Shown: in pieces, positions 1-12,300 of the stretch
Numbering within the stretch: the stretch's first letter is position 1
Layout: the number at the start of each line of letters is the position of its first letter
Source: Oikopleura dioica
Lineage: Eukaryota > Animalia > Chordata
Assembly (NCBI GenBank): GCA_907165135.1
Contig: OU015569.1
Location: 10,850,001-10,914,000, forward strand
Direction: 5' to 3'
DNA length: 64,000 nucleotides
Made by a program: the position numbers and the translations under genes
The notes under the pieces: generated by a model
The model's input: only the letters and a program-made list of their open reading frames with translations
Told to the model about the DNA's origin: nothing
The model's database searches: none

Positions 1-241
1 CGCAGGCTCCCGCGGGAGCAAAAGAGAGGGGGAATCCTTCCCGCGCCCCCGCTCCCGCGCAAATTTTCAGGCCTTTTTCCCCGCCCCCGCTCCCGCGCAA
101 AATTTTTGGACTTGCTCCCGCTCCCCCGCTCCCGCGAAAAATATTCGACCTTGCTCCCGCTCCCCCGCACCCGCGAAAAATTTCAGTCATAGTTCCCGCT
201 CCCCCCGCACCCGCAAAAGTTCGCGGGAATTTCGAACTCTG
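1..241. mobile_element. Right part of a hAT-type MITE (GC-rich ~40-bp subterminal repeats), truncated by the window start
   Basis: About five degenerate copies of cccgctcccccgctcccgcgaaaaa end in ...gaatttcgaactctg at 241. The reverse complement, CAGAGTTCG, matches the termini of other 8-bp-TSD elements in the window (CAGAGTTGC at 11278, CAGGGTTCG at 35401). The left end and TSD are not visible. Confidence 0.7.
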
Positions 242-249
242 GCCCAAAG

Positions 250-416
250 GACTTTTCCATGCTTGGCATCAAGGAGGACAAGCTCCGAGAGATCTTGGAT
301 GAGCTTGCCGATGATGGTATATTTTTTCCCTTCAACAATTTTTTCAACTTTTTATTTTAGGATTCGTTTACAGCACCATGGACGAAGACCACTACAAGGC
401 TACTGGGCCACTTTAA
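250..416 (+). CDS. RPA2: Replication protein A 32-kDa subunit, last two exons (C-terminal winged helix)
   Basis: Exons 250-316 and 361-416 (GT-AG intron 317-360) give DFSMLGIKEDKLREILDELADDGFVYSTMDEDHYKATGPL*. This matches the RPA32 C-terminal motif L..EGHIYSTVDDDHFKST. Confidence 0.8.
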
Positions 417-612
417 GTTCCTCTCTGCCTTTACTGACAGACTTTTCTCACAAACATGCATTTTTGAAACTGTAATTCTGAATAAATAAATTTCCGATAA
501 AAGCTTACATCATCGTTTCTTTTGTTCAATCAAATCAGTCAAAAGAAACAAATGAGACAGTTAGGATTATTATCCAATGTCAACTTTTTATTCTCGGCAA
601 AAATTAGAAATT

Positions 613-3425
613 TTACTTCTCAGGGGCAGTACTGTCGTCAGCCGAGTACTCCGATTGCTGTTGCCAGAGAGAGGAATAAGTCCCGCCCAAAGCAATGAGC
701 TCAGAATGCGTACCTTCTTCTTGAATTTTTCCTTCGTCGATGACCAAAATTTTATGCGAGTGAATGATGGTCGACAATCTATGAGCAATCATCAGGCAGG
801 TCACTCCTTCCACAGCCTTCAATAACTCCTTGTGAATTTGTTTTTCCGTCACTGTATCAAGCGCCGAAGTTGCTTCGTCCAAAATGACAGCTTTCGGTGC
901 TTTGAGAAGGAGTCGCGCGATCGCTACTCTTTGTTTCTCGCCTCCTGACAGAGCCAGGCCTCGCTCGCCAACTTCGCTCTGCAGCCCGTTCTTCCATTTT
1001 GAAGGAGTGAGATTAGCAACTTCCACGGCTTTTTGAATCTCTTCTTCATTCGCAGTCAATTTCGAATACTTGATATTTTCCTCAATAGTATCGTTGAATA
1101 GTGTTATGTCTTGCGAAACAGTGCCAATGAATTTGCGCACTTGTTTTCGCCCCAATTGGCTGATTCTCCACCCGCCGACTTTGACAGCGCCATCTGTTGG
1201 TTCAACCAGACCAAGGAGAATCCTAGCAATGGTCGATTTACCACCACCAGTTGTGCCCACAATCGCCCATGTTTCGCCAGGCGGAACAGTGAGGCTGATG
1301 GAAGAGAGGATTTCGCGCTCGTCTTCGCCGTACCGGAATGAAACATTTTCGAGAGATAGTTCTAGCGGCGCTTGTTTCAGCTATAAACGCAAGTTAAAAA
1401 AGTAATTCAGAAGAGTCAACAACCTTAATTGGCTCTTCTGGATCTTTTGGCTCTGGTCGCTCAGCTAATAGATCCATGAGCTTCTCGGTATCCGTGATCG
1501 CTGCTTGTATAATTCTGTAATAAGTTCCAAGAAAATTCAGCGGCGTATAAAGCTGGGCCATATAAGTGCCGAAAAGAACGTAATCTCCGACTGTGTATTT
1601 TCCATCAAGAACTGACTGGACGGCGATGAGGGAGCCGATCGCGAAGCCAATATTGTTCAGAACATTCTGTACTGTATTGAGAACTGTGAGACTGTAGGTG
1701 ACTTTGCGCTCTTCTTTCTGGTAGTTTTTGATTTTGTCTTCATACAGTTTTGTCTCGTGCTTTTCGTTGCAGTTGAGCTTTACCTGCTCGAAGTTGAGCA
1801 ACGAGTCGATGGCTCTGAAGTAAATGTCAAATAACCAGCATTGTAAGATGCTTCTCTGACCTTGAATTCTGCGAATTGGACATTGCGATCATCTTTCTCC
1901 TGTATTTAGTCCTCCTCTCTGTAATTCCAATTGTTGAAACAATGTACAACGCTGCCGTTACAAGAACAATGATCGAGAATCGCCAGTCGAAAGCGACGCC
2001 AAAGAAGATGATCGCAATGAGAACGTCGAGCAAAGTCGGTCCAATCTTGAAAAAGATCCAGTCGAGGAGATTCATCACGGCTGCTGATCCACGCTCGACG
2101 TTTTTAAGAATGTCGCCAGTTTTGCGCTACAGTGAGTTTTCTACAATCGTTAGCAACTAACGAACTTTCTCAAAAATTAACTAACAAGAGAGAGGTAAAA
2201 GGGCTTTCTCAGATTGTTGTAGAAAATTTCCTTGATATGCCATTCGTAGGGAAGATTATGCAAATGCTCGAAAAGCGTTATCTGTATATTCCTCTCCGAT
2301 TCTTGCTCCACGTGAACATAAAGAATGTCCTTTAGCTGTCCAAAAAGACCATTGTTCCCAGTAAGCACTTTGAGAACGATGATAATACCGACATTGACCG
2401 CGATTTCTTGAAAAGTTTCCTCCGTCTGCGTCGTAACAGATAGCTGGTCGATCACTTTCTTCGTGAAGATTGGAAGGAAAACAAGAGTTATTCGGGTACC
2501 AATCATGATTGAGAAGCAAACAAGAAGTGACGATCTCCCGAAAATGCTCTTTGGCCAAGTAAATGCCCACATGTAACGCAAGCGATAGAAAAATTGACGG
2601 AATCGCGACTCAGATTCTTTCCAAGGATAAATAATCAAAATCAACGTCAGATGGAAACAGAACTTTTACATTCAATCTAATTAGTAATTACCCTTTCCTA
2701 AAGGCACATACAGCCGGCCGTCTTCTGAAGGTAGAATCTTGATCTCCAAGTTAGGCCCAATAGTAGCAATTAGCATCAAACTCGAGAGAACAATCTCCAC
2801 CACCCAAAGTGTGAATTCCATCTGATCCGCCGGCCACGAGAATTCCCCATCTTTTTGAAAAAACCACTCTTCATTGTTCAATCCCAAAAGCGCAGAAATT
2901 CCATACAGCCAGTTCAGAACTACGAAGATAACGACATCGTTGTGGACAAACTTGCGCGTTTTCAAATTGATGAAGACAACGCTGACGAATCCTTTTATCA
3001 CTGCAAAGTGTGGAAGAAAAATCCAAGGAGTGAAAGCTTCGTAGACTTTGATCAGCAAAGCGCATACTTTGACAAGCTCGAAGAAGGCGATCAAAGCAGC
3101 GAGAACGGTCGTTATTTGCATCCGCTGTGAGTTTTTGTCGACAATGCAATTGTACCTGTATCAGTAAGGGAAATAAGAGAACAACGATCATTGGGGATTA
3201 CCTGGACTTGCAGCAGCATAATTTTACTTGAAGATAGAAAGCGCAAATGATCAAAACATTTGCAAAAATTAGCGAATGAAGACATCGGGGCAGCCCTTTT
3301 TGAGATTGAAATTTCTTATCCACTATCTTATCGGTTGCTCAAGTTTCAAAATATGAATTTAAAATCCTTCCTTGTTGTTGACCCCAGTCCACGGTCCAGT
3401 TTAGCGGCGCGCAATATTTCTCCAT
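613..3425 (-). CDS. ABCB6: ABCB6/HMT1-like half ABC transporter with N-terminal TMD0
   Basis: Spliced model starts MEKYCAPLNWTVDWGQQQGLPRCLHSL, like the ABCB6 N-terminus. It contains WHIK|RKTGDILKNVERG, Walker A GTTGGGKST, signature LSGGEKQ and Walker B ILDEATSALD. Stop at 613, with AATAAA just downstream. Two introns need GA donors (3296-3370, 2127-2230). Confidence 0.9.
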
Positions 3426-3823
3426 GACTCCAAGACTGTCTCTTTTCAACTCATTTAAAATGCTTGTTAAAATTGCTGGAATATCTTATTTTTCGAACTT
3501 TCCAGATGAGGGCTCAAGCTCTTCCCATTGGCTCAAAATTGCGTGGGAGTTACGAAAAAATGGGTTTGAAGACATAAAAGACTCATCCCTTGAAAAACGG
3601 GAAACATGCCCTGCGATTCAAAATTAAGAATTGATAGATGAAGATTTGAGATTTTTAGATTTATTATAGAATTTGTATAAATTATGTGAATTTTAAGAAG
3701 TTGAAATAAAGATCTGAACAGAAAGTGAGAAAGGGCATTTTATCAATTTGAAAGGGAAGAGTAGGAGAATTTGAGGGTGAAAATGGTACATGTCAGATGT
3801 GCGGTGTTTTCTTCTTTTTTTTT

Positions 3824-5829
3824 TCATGAACTTTCGATTGCATTGAAGTGAGCTTTCCAGTATCTTTCGGATGCTCGCGGGGCCAGGTGCGTCGCATCGT
3901 CGTCGAAGTCGCGCTCTGTCAGTAGCGGAGCAGCGGGCGAACAAGGGTAATCTTTTAGCTGAAACCACGTCATTCTCTTATTTTCATTAATTTGGACTTA
4001 CAACTTCGAGCAGTTCTCTGTACACGTCCAGCGAGATCTGTCCCTCTTCCCCTTCGAACGCCCATCGAGGCACTTTGATCGGCTGGACGAAGTGGAGACT
4101 CTTCAGTTTCGGCATACAGTATTTTATGTCTCTATTCAGACACTGCAGCAGTTTGCGGACGTCTTGTTTTTCGAAACCAGCTTCTGAAACTAAAAAAATT
4201 TCAAAAAACAATTCATTTTCAATTGAAATTGTACCTTTGAGCGCGTTGTTAAGGCCAATCCCAATTATGAGCCGACCGGTGAATTTCTTCATGCAGTTGG
4301 ACTCGCAGCACGGACAGAAGTTTGAAAGAGGCATCATATTCTTCTTGATCCCGTTGTCGAACCTCTCTCGATTCGACCTTTTCGCGAATGGATTTTCGTT
4401 GGTGAACTGGTCTTTAAGCGCGCCCGTGCGGAGGATGTAGATCAGCTCCAGAATCTGAAATAATCGTTTGATTCTCATTCTTGATTTCTTTATAAAGGAC
4501 TCACGTCGCAGCCACTGAACGAGGTAATATTGTATCCATCTAGGTTGATCTTGCTCTTTCCAAATTCTTTGAGCTGCGAGTCGCCAAGGACGACGACTTC
4601 GTAATTCTCGAAGCAAGGCCTTTCCCACCTCGCTCGTTTGTCGCCAGGAAACCAAGTCGAGTTCGAAGCTTTGTCGCCTTCTTCGACGACTCGGTCGGGG
4701 CTCGCACTCTCTAGCGGACGAGAACGACGCTTTCGAGAATCTCCTTGCGATCTCCGATCTCTTCTTTCTATCTGCACTTCGCGCTCGTCAGTGTCTGATT
4801 TGGAATAGTTTTTACAAATGACGAAAGGAATTTTCTCACCTTTGATGGAGAGATTCTTGACTTTGTCATGAAAATCTTCGACGTTTTCTTCCCACTCAAC
4901 GTCTTCCTTCTTTCCGTTGATTTTGCCCCTTTCTCCGCGAGATCGACGATCTCGTCTAGTTTCGCCGTCTCTTTGGGGCTGCCGCCTCGAGTTTCCATCC
5001 CCGCGTGGAGTAATCTAATCTCAAATAATACTCATTTCATCGTTTCTTGTTCTCACCGTGTGTTCCTGATCTTTTTCTCCTCTTCGTCCAGGTTTAGGAC
5101 GTTCTTCGTTTTGCAGACTTCGTCTATTTCTGCTGCTAGATTTTTCGGAAAATAATTTCTCTGGAACTGGACTGTCGGAGTTTTCTTGAGACCATTTGTC
5201 GGATACTCTGGAGGAAACTCCGTTAGGCTATGAAATAAAAATCAACGACGATTTTTTAATTTAATCGATAATTTGTATTTTTAAGAATCAATGCTTCATA
5301 AATGAATGTCTGTTTAAAAATATGGCGTACCTTCTTTCTTTCTCTGTCGAGAATGAGTTTGTCTTTGAAGTCTTCTAGTTGCCTCTGCATGGAAGTGATA
5401 CTCCTCTCGAGTCTCTGATTCTCCAGATTGGCCTCTTCAAGCTCCTTTGCCTTCTTCTCGTGCTTCAGTAGAACTAGCTCTATGGCTTCGAGAAGCTGCT
5501 CTCTAGCACTATCTGCTTTGGCGTTTTTACGTTCGGCTGGTTCAGGAGCGAGCCAGTGCTTGAAATAGTCGCATCCCCGCTCGTTGTCGAATTTCATCCG
5601 AAACTTCATCTCCATCTGGCACATGCCGCCGAGGACGTATTCCAAATGCGCCAGATATGTCTCAAATCGAAGTTCACTTTACCATCGAAAAAATGCTGAT
5701 TTACCTTGGCGGCCCGTGATCCCTGTTCAACGAGAACTCTATAAGCAGCGTTGGTGACTGCTTTGGCATGGTTCAACTGTAGATCGTAGACCGTGATCGT
5801 TGAGTCTTTAGCCGAAACTTCTTTTGATC
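3824..5829 (-). CDS. Multi-exon protein: Gag-like N-terminal segment, coiled coil, charged linker, SGNH/GDSL hydrolase; apparent 1-nt frameshift near 5680; 5' end uncertain (possibly to ATG at 7154)
   Basis: Joining exons by GT-AG introns gives SGNH block I VVVLGDSQL, block II SFSGC, block III IIGIGLNN and block V DDDATHL, ending ...FNAIESS* at 3824. The 5256-5645 ORF is a coiled coil. Confidence 0.65.
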
Positions 5830-7728
5830 TAAAGCAATTCATTTCAGAATTCAACAAAATAGAAAAAATATCAAGCCGTACTATTGAAGGCTTTAGTTAA
5901 TAACTCTTATCAAGAAATTCCAGCCTATGACTGACCAAAAAAAGCTCGTTCTGACTCGAAATTCTTGATGAAAGTTCACCAAAATCGACTGTAATATGGT
6001 TAATTTTGACGCAGAATCAGAAAATTTTACAGAAAACACTGCCTGTTTTTGGTAAACTGGTTAATACCGCGGTTAGGCTGGTCTCTCACGCCCTGGGCGG
6101 TAAGTGCGTGGGCTGTGATGACTCACATTTGGGCTTGGTAGAAGTCAGTGAACACCTGGGAAAGGTGGTCATTGCTTTTTGCCATTCAACAGGCGCTTCT
6201 CTCCGATTCCAAAAAGCCTCTCTCCCGAAAGCACCTACCAAAATCACACGAGCCCATTGGACGGCGCCACTGAAAGTGACTCACTTCGAAAGAACGCTTG
6301 TTTTTCTATTTAAAATCAATTTCAAAGTTATACCGTAATCTTTATTGCTTAATTATTATCATGATCATTTATCCGAATTCATTAAATATCATAAAACTTT
6401 TTATTCTGAATAGATTTGTATTGTTCAGAAACTCGAAAACATCGTAAAGTTAACGTCCAATTCATTATGCAACTTGGGCTCTGTGGTACACTTCAACTTG
6501 CTCAACTCAAGTTAGAAGCACGTAAATACTTTTTCAAGAGAGCAGGAAATGCACCGCCACGACCATCCGGAAGATATCGACCCTGACGGAACTACTGACC
6601 TTGATCTAGACCAGCTAAACGGCGACCACAATAATACGTAATACTTACGGCTAGAATACAGCTACCGGTAACCGGACAACCTGACTGAATCGACATTGAC
6701 TTTTTTTCTGGAAAATAATGTAAGGCTTATGTTATTTTCACCCTCTTTCTTATCTCTGACTAATATTATTAATTATTTTATTCCGCTCTTGAATAAATTA
6801 CTATTCCCAAAGCAACATTAGGACATCTAAGCATCCTTTCTTTTGGTTTAGGGTTGAAATTTCTCACGTTGGAGAAAACTCTCACTGTGTGATAAAAGCG
6901 ATACTGTACCTTTCATGAGTGGTTTTCGGCACCTTACTTTCTTACCTTGCTTTTCTATTCCTTGTTCTTCTGAAAGGAGAAGTTCTGCTTCCACGATTGT
7001 AGCTTTCTTCTTGTTTCTTCATCTGGGCCGAAGTTTCTTCTTTTTTATTTAAAATTTCAGAAGCCGATTTTTCTTTTACTTCTTTCGCAGTAGCAGCGAT
7101 TGGGTTTTCGGGAGTTTTAGTCTTTTCGCGATTTCGTCTCTTTTTGTAGGCCATTTTTATTTTTCGAAGCTCCGGAAAAAAAATGGAATGGAACCGGGAA
7201 TGGTTACCGGGTCTTTGTTTGGTCAACAAAGAGCTCCGTTCAATCTAACTAATACAACCTAACAGCTGATCGCAAACAGCCTATCGCTTTATGCAATCAC
7301 TGCGCACTGAAATGCATGAGCGAGCGATTTCTTTTTGTTTTGACAAAATATTCTAGCGCTTCCTTTTTTGTAATAGTCTGTTAGTAATAGATATAGTTTA
7401 TAATACATTTCATGGACTCTTTGGAGCTCAACTTTGCCGCATTGAAAATTTTGATATTTAAAAAACTGAAAATAACCAACCCGAAAATTCAAAGATAGAA
7501 GACAAATGAATAGAGTCTAGAATGACCGGTCGGATCCGGTCCGATCTTGCACGAATTTCTCCCTTTTTTTTACGTCAGATGAGTTAGCCACCTCCGCCAC
7601 TCCATCGCAACCAATCCGAATCAAACTCAGAACAACGGTCGAAAGCCAGCACCAGCGGAAGATATGGATCATTGACTCCGACGTTAAATTTTAGAGAATT
7701 TTCAAATTTCGAATTTTCTAATCAGAGG

Positions 7729-8305
7729 ATGAAGATTGGCGCTCTTCTTTTTGGCGCAGCACTGGCGCAAGGTGAGTTATAGAACCAGCAAATTTGGAGA
7801 AAAATGGGTCAAACCTTCTTTTTCAATTCAGGCAAAAAATCGGAGCGGGAACTTAATGACGACGTACGAGATCATTTCCGAACTGAAGAAGAAGCTAATG
7901 AATTTCTCAAGTGGCGACGGTAGAAATACAATTAGAAAGGGCTATATATCGAACAACAATTTCCCCAAAAAAATGAGAAAAAAATTTTGTCCAAGTGTTG
8001 CCAAAATTTCTGATTCTTCTTCCAACTTCAAAATTTTCAAAACGAATTCTAGCGAGAAGTACCAACGGGAGAGACACGAAGAACGCCGCGATCAAAAGTA
8101 TGAAATCATCGAGGACCAACGCGAATTCGAGCGCTCCAGAGGCGGAAACGATCGCAGATCCAGAGAGTATCAGTAAGATAAAAAATCAACTGCTACGAAT
8201 CATCTCATCTTTAGAAAAGAACGAGAAGAGGAGCAATACGACAGGCTGGAAGAAGAGCGCGAATACCGACGAGAAGAAAAGCGCCGCCGAAACCGAGACT
8301 TGTGA
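7729..8305 (+). CDS. 113-aa secreted Glu/Arg-rich protein with vitamin-K-dependent-type propeptide (GRP/UCMA-like candidate)
   Basis: Exons 7729-7771, 7832-7919, 8053-8172 and 8215-8305, all GT-AG and in phase. Product: MKIGALLFGAALAQ-GKKSERELNDDVRDHFRTEEEANEFLKWRR-EKYQRERHEE...REEKRRRNRDL*. Confidence 0.7.
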
Positions 8306-8580
8306 TTATAAAATTCCGGAATTGCTGAAAAAATATTCGAACTGCACATTTATTTGCTTACAATCACGTTTCATGATTGGCATTACAGTGAATTCATCAT
8401 GCAAATGAGCATTGGCAGGTGCATAATAGAGACGATTCCACGTGGACGTGACCCCTGTAATCCCTCTTGTTCGAGCTTGTTTTATGCAAATCTAAAAAGT
8501 ATAAAACTCAGGCGCACGACTTTAAGGGCATCACAAAGTTAAGGATTGAAATAAATCTAAAAAGAGAAAATAAGAAAAAA

Positions 8581-10354
8581 ATGAAGCTTTTTGGATTTCT
8601 CCTCCAGAGCCAACTTTTGAACGCCCAAAACAGCGCCGACGAGTTCGATTTGTCGCTGGATCCGTTCAGCCCGACATATGTCAAGGACGTGCTGAGCTTC
8701 TTGGACCTGTTCGGCCCTGCTGTGCGCGAAGACGAGGAACTTGCCAAAGGAACAGGGATGAAAAGAGATAAGCAGCAGAGCTATGTCCCCGTTAGTGGGC
8801 CGGGCGCCAGCTTCGAGAAAATAAGTTAACGGAACGCGCTGATTGTTTCCGCCGCTTTCGCGTTTTATCCCTTTCAAGTGTTGCCGAACTTTCAAAAGCA
8901 AAAAACCACCCGCGGTAATGAGCTCGACAGTGACCCGACGCGCGGCCTTCGCCAACTCAAGCTCATGGTCGTTGCGATGATGGAGTAAGTGACTCTTCAT
9001 TTTTATATAGTAGTTATTCCCTTAATTTTATAACAAGGAGGCCACTCTAACAGACTCAAAATAGTCGGAATTTGGGAAAAAGGCGGCATAAAGAAGGTGT
9101 TGGTTAATCAAAAATCGGCATCATCAAGTTCTCCGGCCCTTATCAGTGTCGATAAGGCATTTTGAAATTTTCTCATAGCGGAAATAGCGGCCACTCCGAA
9201 AATAATTCTTTTGGGCACACAGTCTGGATGTCTGCCAGCTGCATGTATTTGCGAGCGAGCTCGGAAGGAATTACCCTTTCTGAAAAATTTCACACAAACA
9301 AAACAGTTTTACTTTTCACACAATTAATTTCTTCAAATCTTTTCAAATCTGCGTTTTAGCCCGGCGATTTCTCTGGGTTCTACTGGAACGGGATTTGGAA
9401 GATATTGCTACTACGGTTGTCACTGTCTACCAGATGCAGATCATAGCGAATTTAAAGTTTTCGGAAAGCCAGTCGACAATATTGACAGAACTTGCCGCGA
9501 CTTTGGAACTTGCTATCATTGTCTTAAGGATCGTGTCAGCGAAATGATTGCTTCTTCTTGAAAAAATTTTGTCCAAGAATTTTCGCGAGCACTGAAAAAG
9601 CTCAAACACCCCAAGTGCATTCCCGAAAGGACGGCTTACAGGTTCCGCCTGAAGAAGAACAAAAGACTGGGCACGCGTAGCATTGATTGTCAACGCAACA
9701 AGGTACCAAAAAAATGCTTTGCAAACATCCTGATTTCTTTTTTCAGGAAGGAAGTTGTGAGCGGGACACGTGCGAGTGCGACAAGTTCTTTGCCGAGACC
9801 GTCGCGCTCCATGAGCGTGAATGGAACCAGAGCTATCACATCTTCCGCGGCGGTTTCGACCGGGATGTAGGATGCCGTGCTGCTCCCGCGCCAGCTATTC
9901 AAGCTGGAAGCTTCCAGCACCAAGAAGTCGCCACAGTTTTGGAAGAAGGGGGAGAGCCCATCAAGGTCCAATTCAACGGCGGAAACGGTGGTCTTGGGGG
10001 CCTTCCAGAGCCGATCTTCAATCAAGGTAAGAAGAAGAAAGAGGAAAACAAATCTTTTCGAATAAAAAATTAGAATATTAAAGGTTCAAGGGGCCTCTCG
10101 AACCTGAATTTTCTATTTTTTAGAATCATAAAAAATAGTTGAATTTTCAAGTGCGTCCGCGGCCGCTTCCTAGCGGGGCTATCTTGGCCGAGCTGGTTGA
10201 TGATTCCGAACCTGCGACCTGCTGCGGGATGGAGACTTTTCCGTACGTCTCGATCAAGAAGCCCGGGCAGGCGTGCTGCCGCTCCGAGTCCTACAACCCC
10301 TTTCTCAAAAAGTGCTGCATGGGCAAGCTCTACGACTCCAACGAAGTCTGCTAG
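8581..10354 (+). CDS. Secreted phospholipase A2-like protein (catalytic His-Asp absent) with C-terminal Cys-rich CCG...CC repeat
   Basis: Signal-like start MKLFGFLL and RGLRQLKLMV. PLA2 fold pattern YCYYGCHCLP...KPVDNIDRTCRDFGTCYHC and CERDTCECDKFFA. C-terminal CCGMETFPY...ACC..ESYNP..KKCC.GKLY. Confidence 0.8.
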
Positions 10355-11277
10355 GCGCTCTACGCTGTCTCCTGCTGACTTTTACTTTTCTACAATTTTT
10401 TTCTAGGGATGTAAATAAAGCTTTCTTCTTTTACAAAAACTGTCTCGCCCTGCTGATAAACTCGGATTAGCGATCAAAGTGCGCCTGTCAATCAGAAGCG
10501 CTCTCGATTTTTTACTACTTCTTCTGATTTAGCGATTTTCTTCTTTTGAATTAATATATTGAAATAAATCGCGTTTTGACTTGGGTATGCTTCCGCTGGG
10601 GCCAGTGGCGCCTCGCCGACGCCGAAAACCGAGGCCGCGGACTTGACCGGAGAGTTTGATCGATGATGTAAGTTTGTAACTGCAATTTGAGCAATTCTTT
10701 AAATTGCTGTGCTCGAAATCAAGTTACAAGTCCAAGATAGCGCTTGTGCTGTTTTGATATTGGCTAATCTGCTTCCGGATGTCCAATTAGAGTGGCAATA
10801 TTTGTTAGTAGCGCGAGTAATTATTTACTATCGCCTCCGCGGAAAAACTCTTTGAAGGTGGCTAATCCGTGAAATCATTCTGGCCTTGGCCGTGCGTTTC
10901 CCCATGTTTGGGTTAATACTAGTGGCTGATCAGATATCGTTTTCGAAGTTTGAGAAGCTTTGTCCGGCGGCGGCAGCTGTCCCAACTACAAAGTGGCCTT
11001 CTCTTTAATTATTCGAAATTTATGAAATGTTGAAAGCGAAGCATGAACACGCGCATTGGGAGCCTGCCAAAGCCAAAACCCAACTGGCGAGACCGAATAA
11101 GCTTATCAGTAAATAAACCAACGACAACATTCTCAGCACATACACAAACCGAAAACCGCAACCAAGAACACTACTTTTCAGCGACATAATAAATATCGCG
11201 CGATTTTCCAAAATAGAGCATTTTCAAAATCTTCGAAATCAAGGAAAAAACCATACGCTAGCTGCATGTCGATGAAG

Positions 11278-11654
11278 CAGAGTTGCAAATTTGCTGAGCT
11301 GAGCTAGCTGAGTGAGCTGAGTAGGCGCTCAGCTCAGTGATTTTTGAAAATGATCTGATCTGCTCAGCTCAGCTCAGACAATTATCACTTAGCTCAGCTC
11401 AGCTCAATAATTTTAACACAATTTTACTACTGAAAACACAGTAAAAAGAGCTTTGCTAAGCTCAACCAGCTCAGCTTAACTACCTTGAAAAGATGGTCTG
11501 CTCAGCTCAGCTCAGCTCGGCTCGGCTCAGCTCAGCTCAGCTCAGCTCAGCTCAGCTCAGTGACCTCCGAAATAGGCCAGCTCTGCTAAGCTCAGCTCAA
11601 AGAAATTTTCACTCATGTCAGCTCAGCAAAAATAAAGCAAAATTTGCAACTCTG
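11278..11654. mobile_element. hAT-type MITE, 377 bp, internal AGCTC/GAGCT pentamer arrays
   Basis: TIR cagagttgcaaattt / aaatttgcaactctg. Perfect 8-bp TSD cgatgaag at 11270-11277 and 11655-11662. Confidence 0.9.
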
Positions 11655-12300
11655 CGATGAAGAATTATTTTCTTTGTCATTGTATTTCAGACTCTGTAAT
11701 AGGGACTATGTAGGGTTGAAAGCACTCAAAATTCGAGGTGCAGCTTTTCGGTGCTTTTGGGAAGTTATAAGGGCGGGTTATTTATTTTCATTTTGCGCGA
11801 GGTGTTGAAATTTGGCGCAAGTTTGGAGCGCTTGTGGCTGCGAAAAGCAGCGAATTCGAACAAATGTTGAGATAGCCTTGGCAGTGGGCCGACGGCGCCC
11901 CAAAACGCGAATTCGAAAATGAAAGAATGTGGTCAATATAATTATACTAGGCGGGAGTAATTTGTTGATGTTAGTTTTTCAGCCCAAAGTTCAAATCGAG
12001 CGTGTTTATACGTTTACAGTTTTTAGCTGTTTTATTATTGGGAGCTGTCAAAGCGCTTGATTTATAGCGATTTAAAGTTGGTCCTATCGAAATTTTCGAC
12101 TTTATTGGGAATAATTATGACACCGGACAATTAAAACGCATATCGTTTACTGCCACATTAGGTCAAAGTCGATGCCAAAAATAAATATATCCGATCGTCG
12201 CAATAAAAAATAAAACAAAACTCAGATTTTCTAAATTCTAGTAAGAACATTCTAAAACTTCAAAATTCATCAGCCTTCTATTGGTGCCAAATAATTGATG

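Noticed and set aside
11490-11600. CRISPR-like or satellite array (ctcag)n
   Set aside because: Pentamer repeat with no spacers, internal to a TSD-flanked MITE in a eukaryotic genome.
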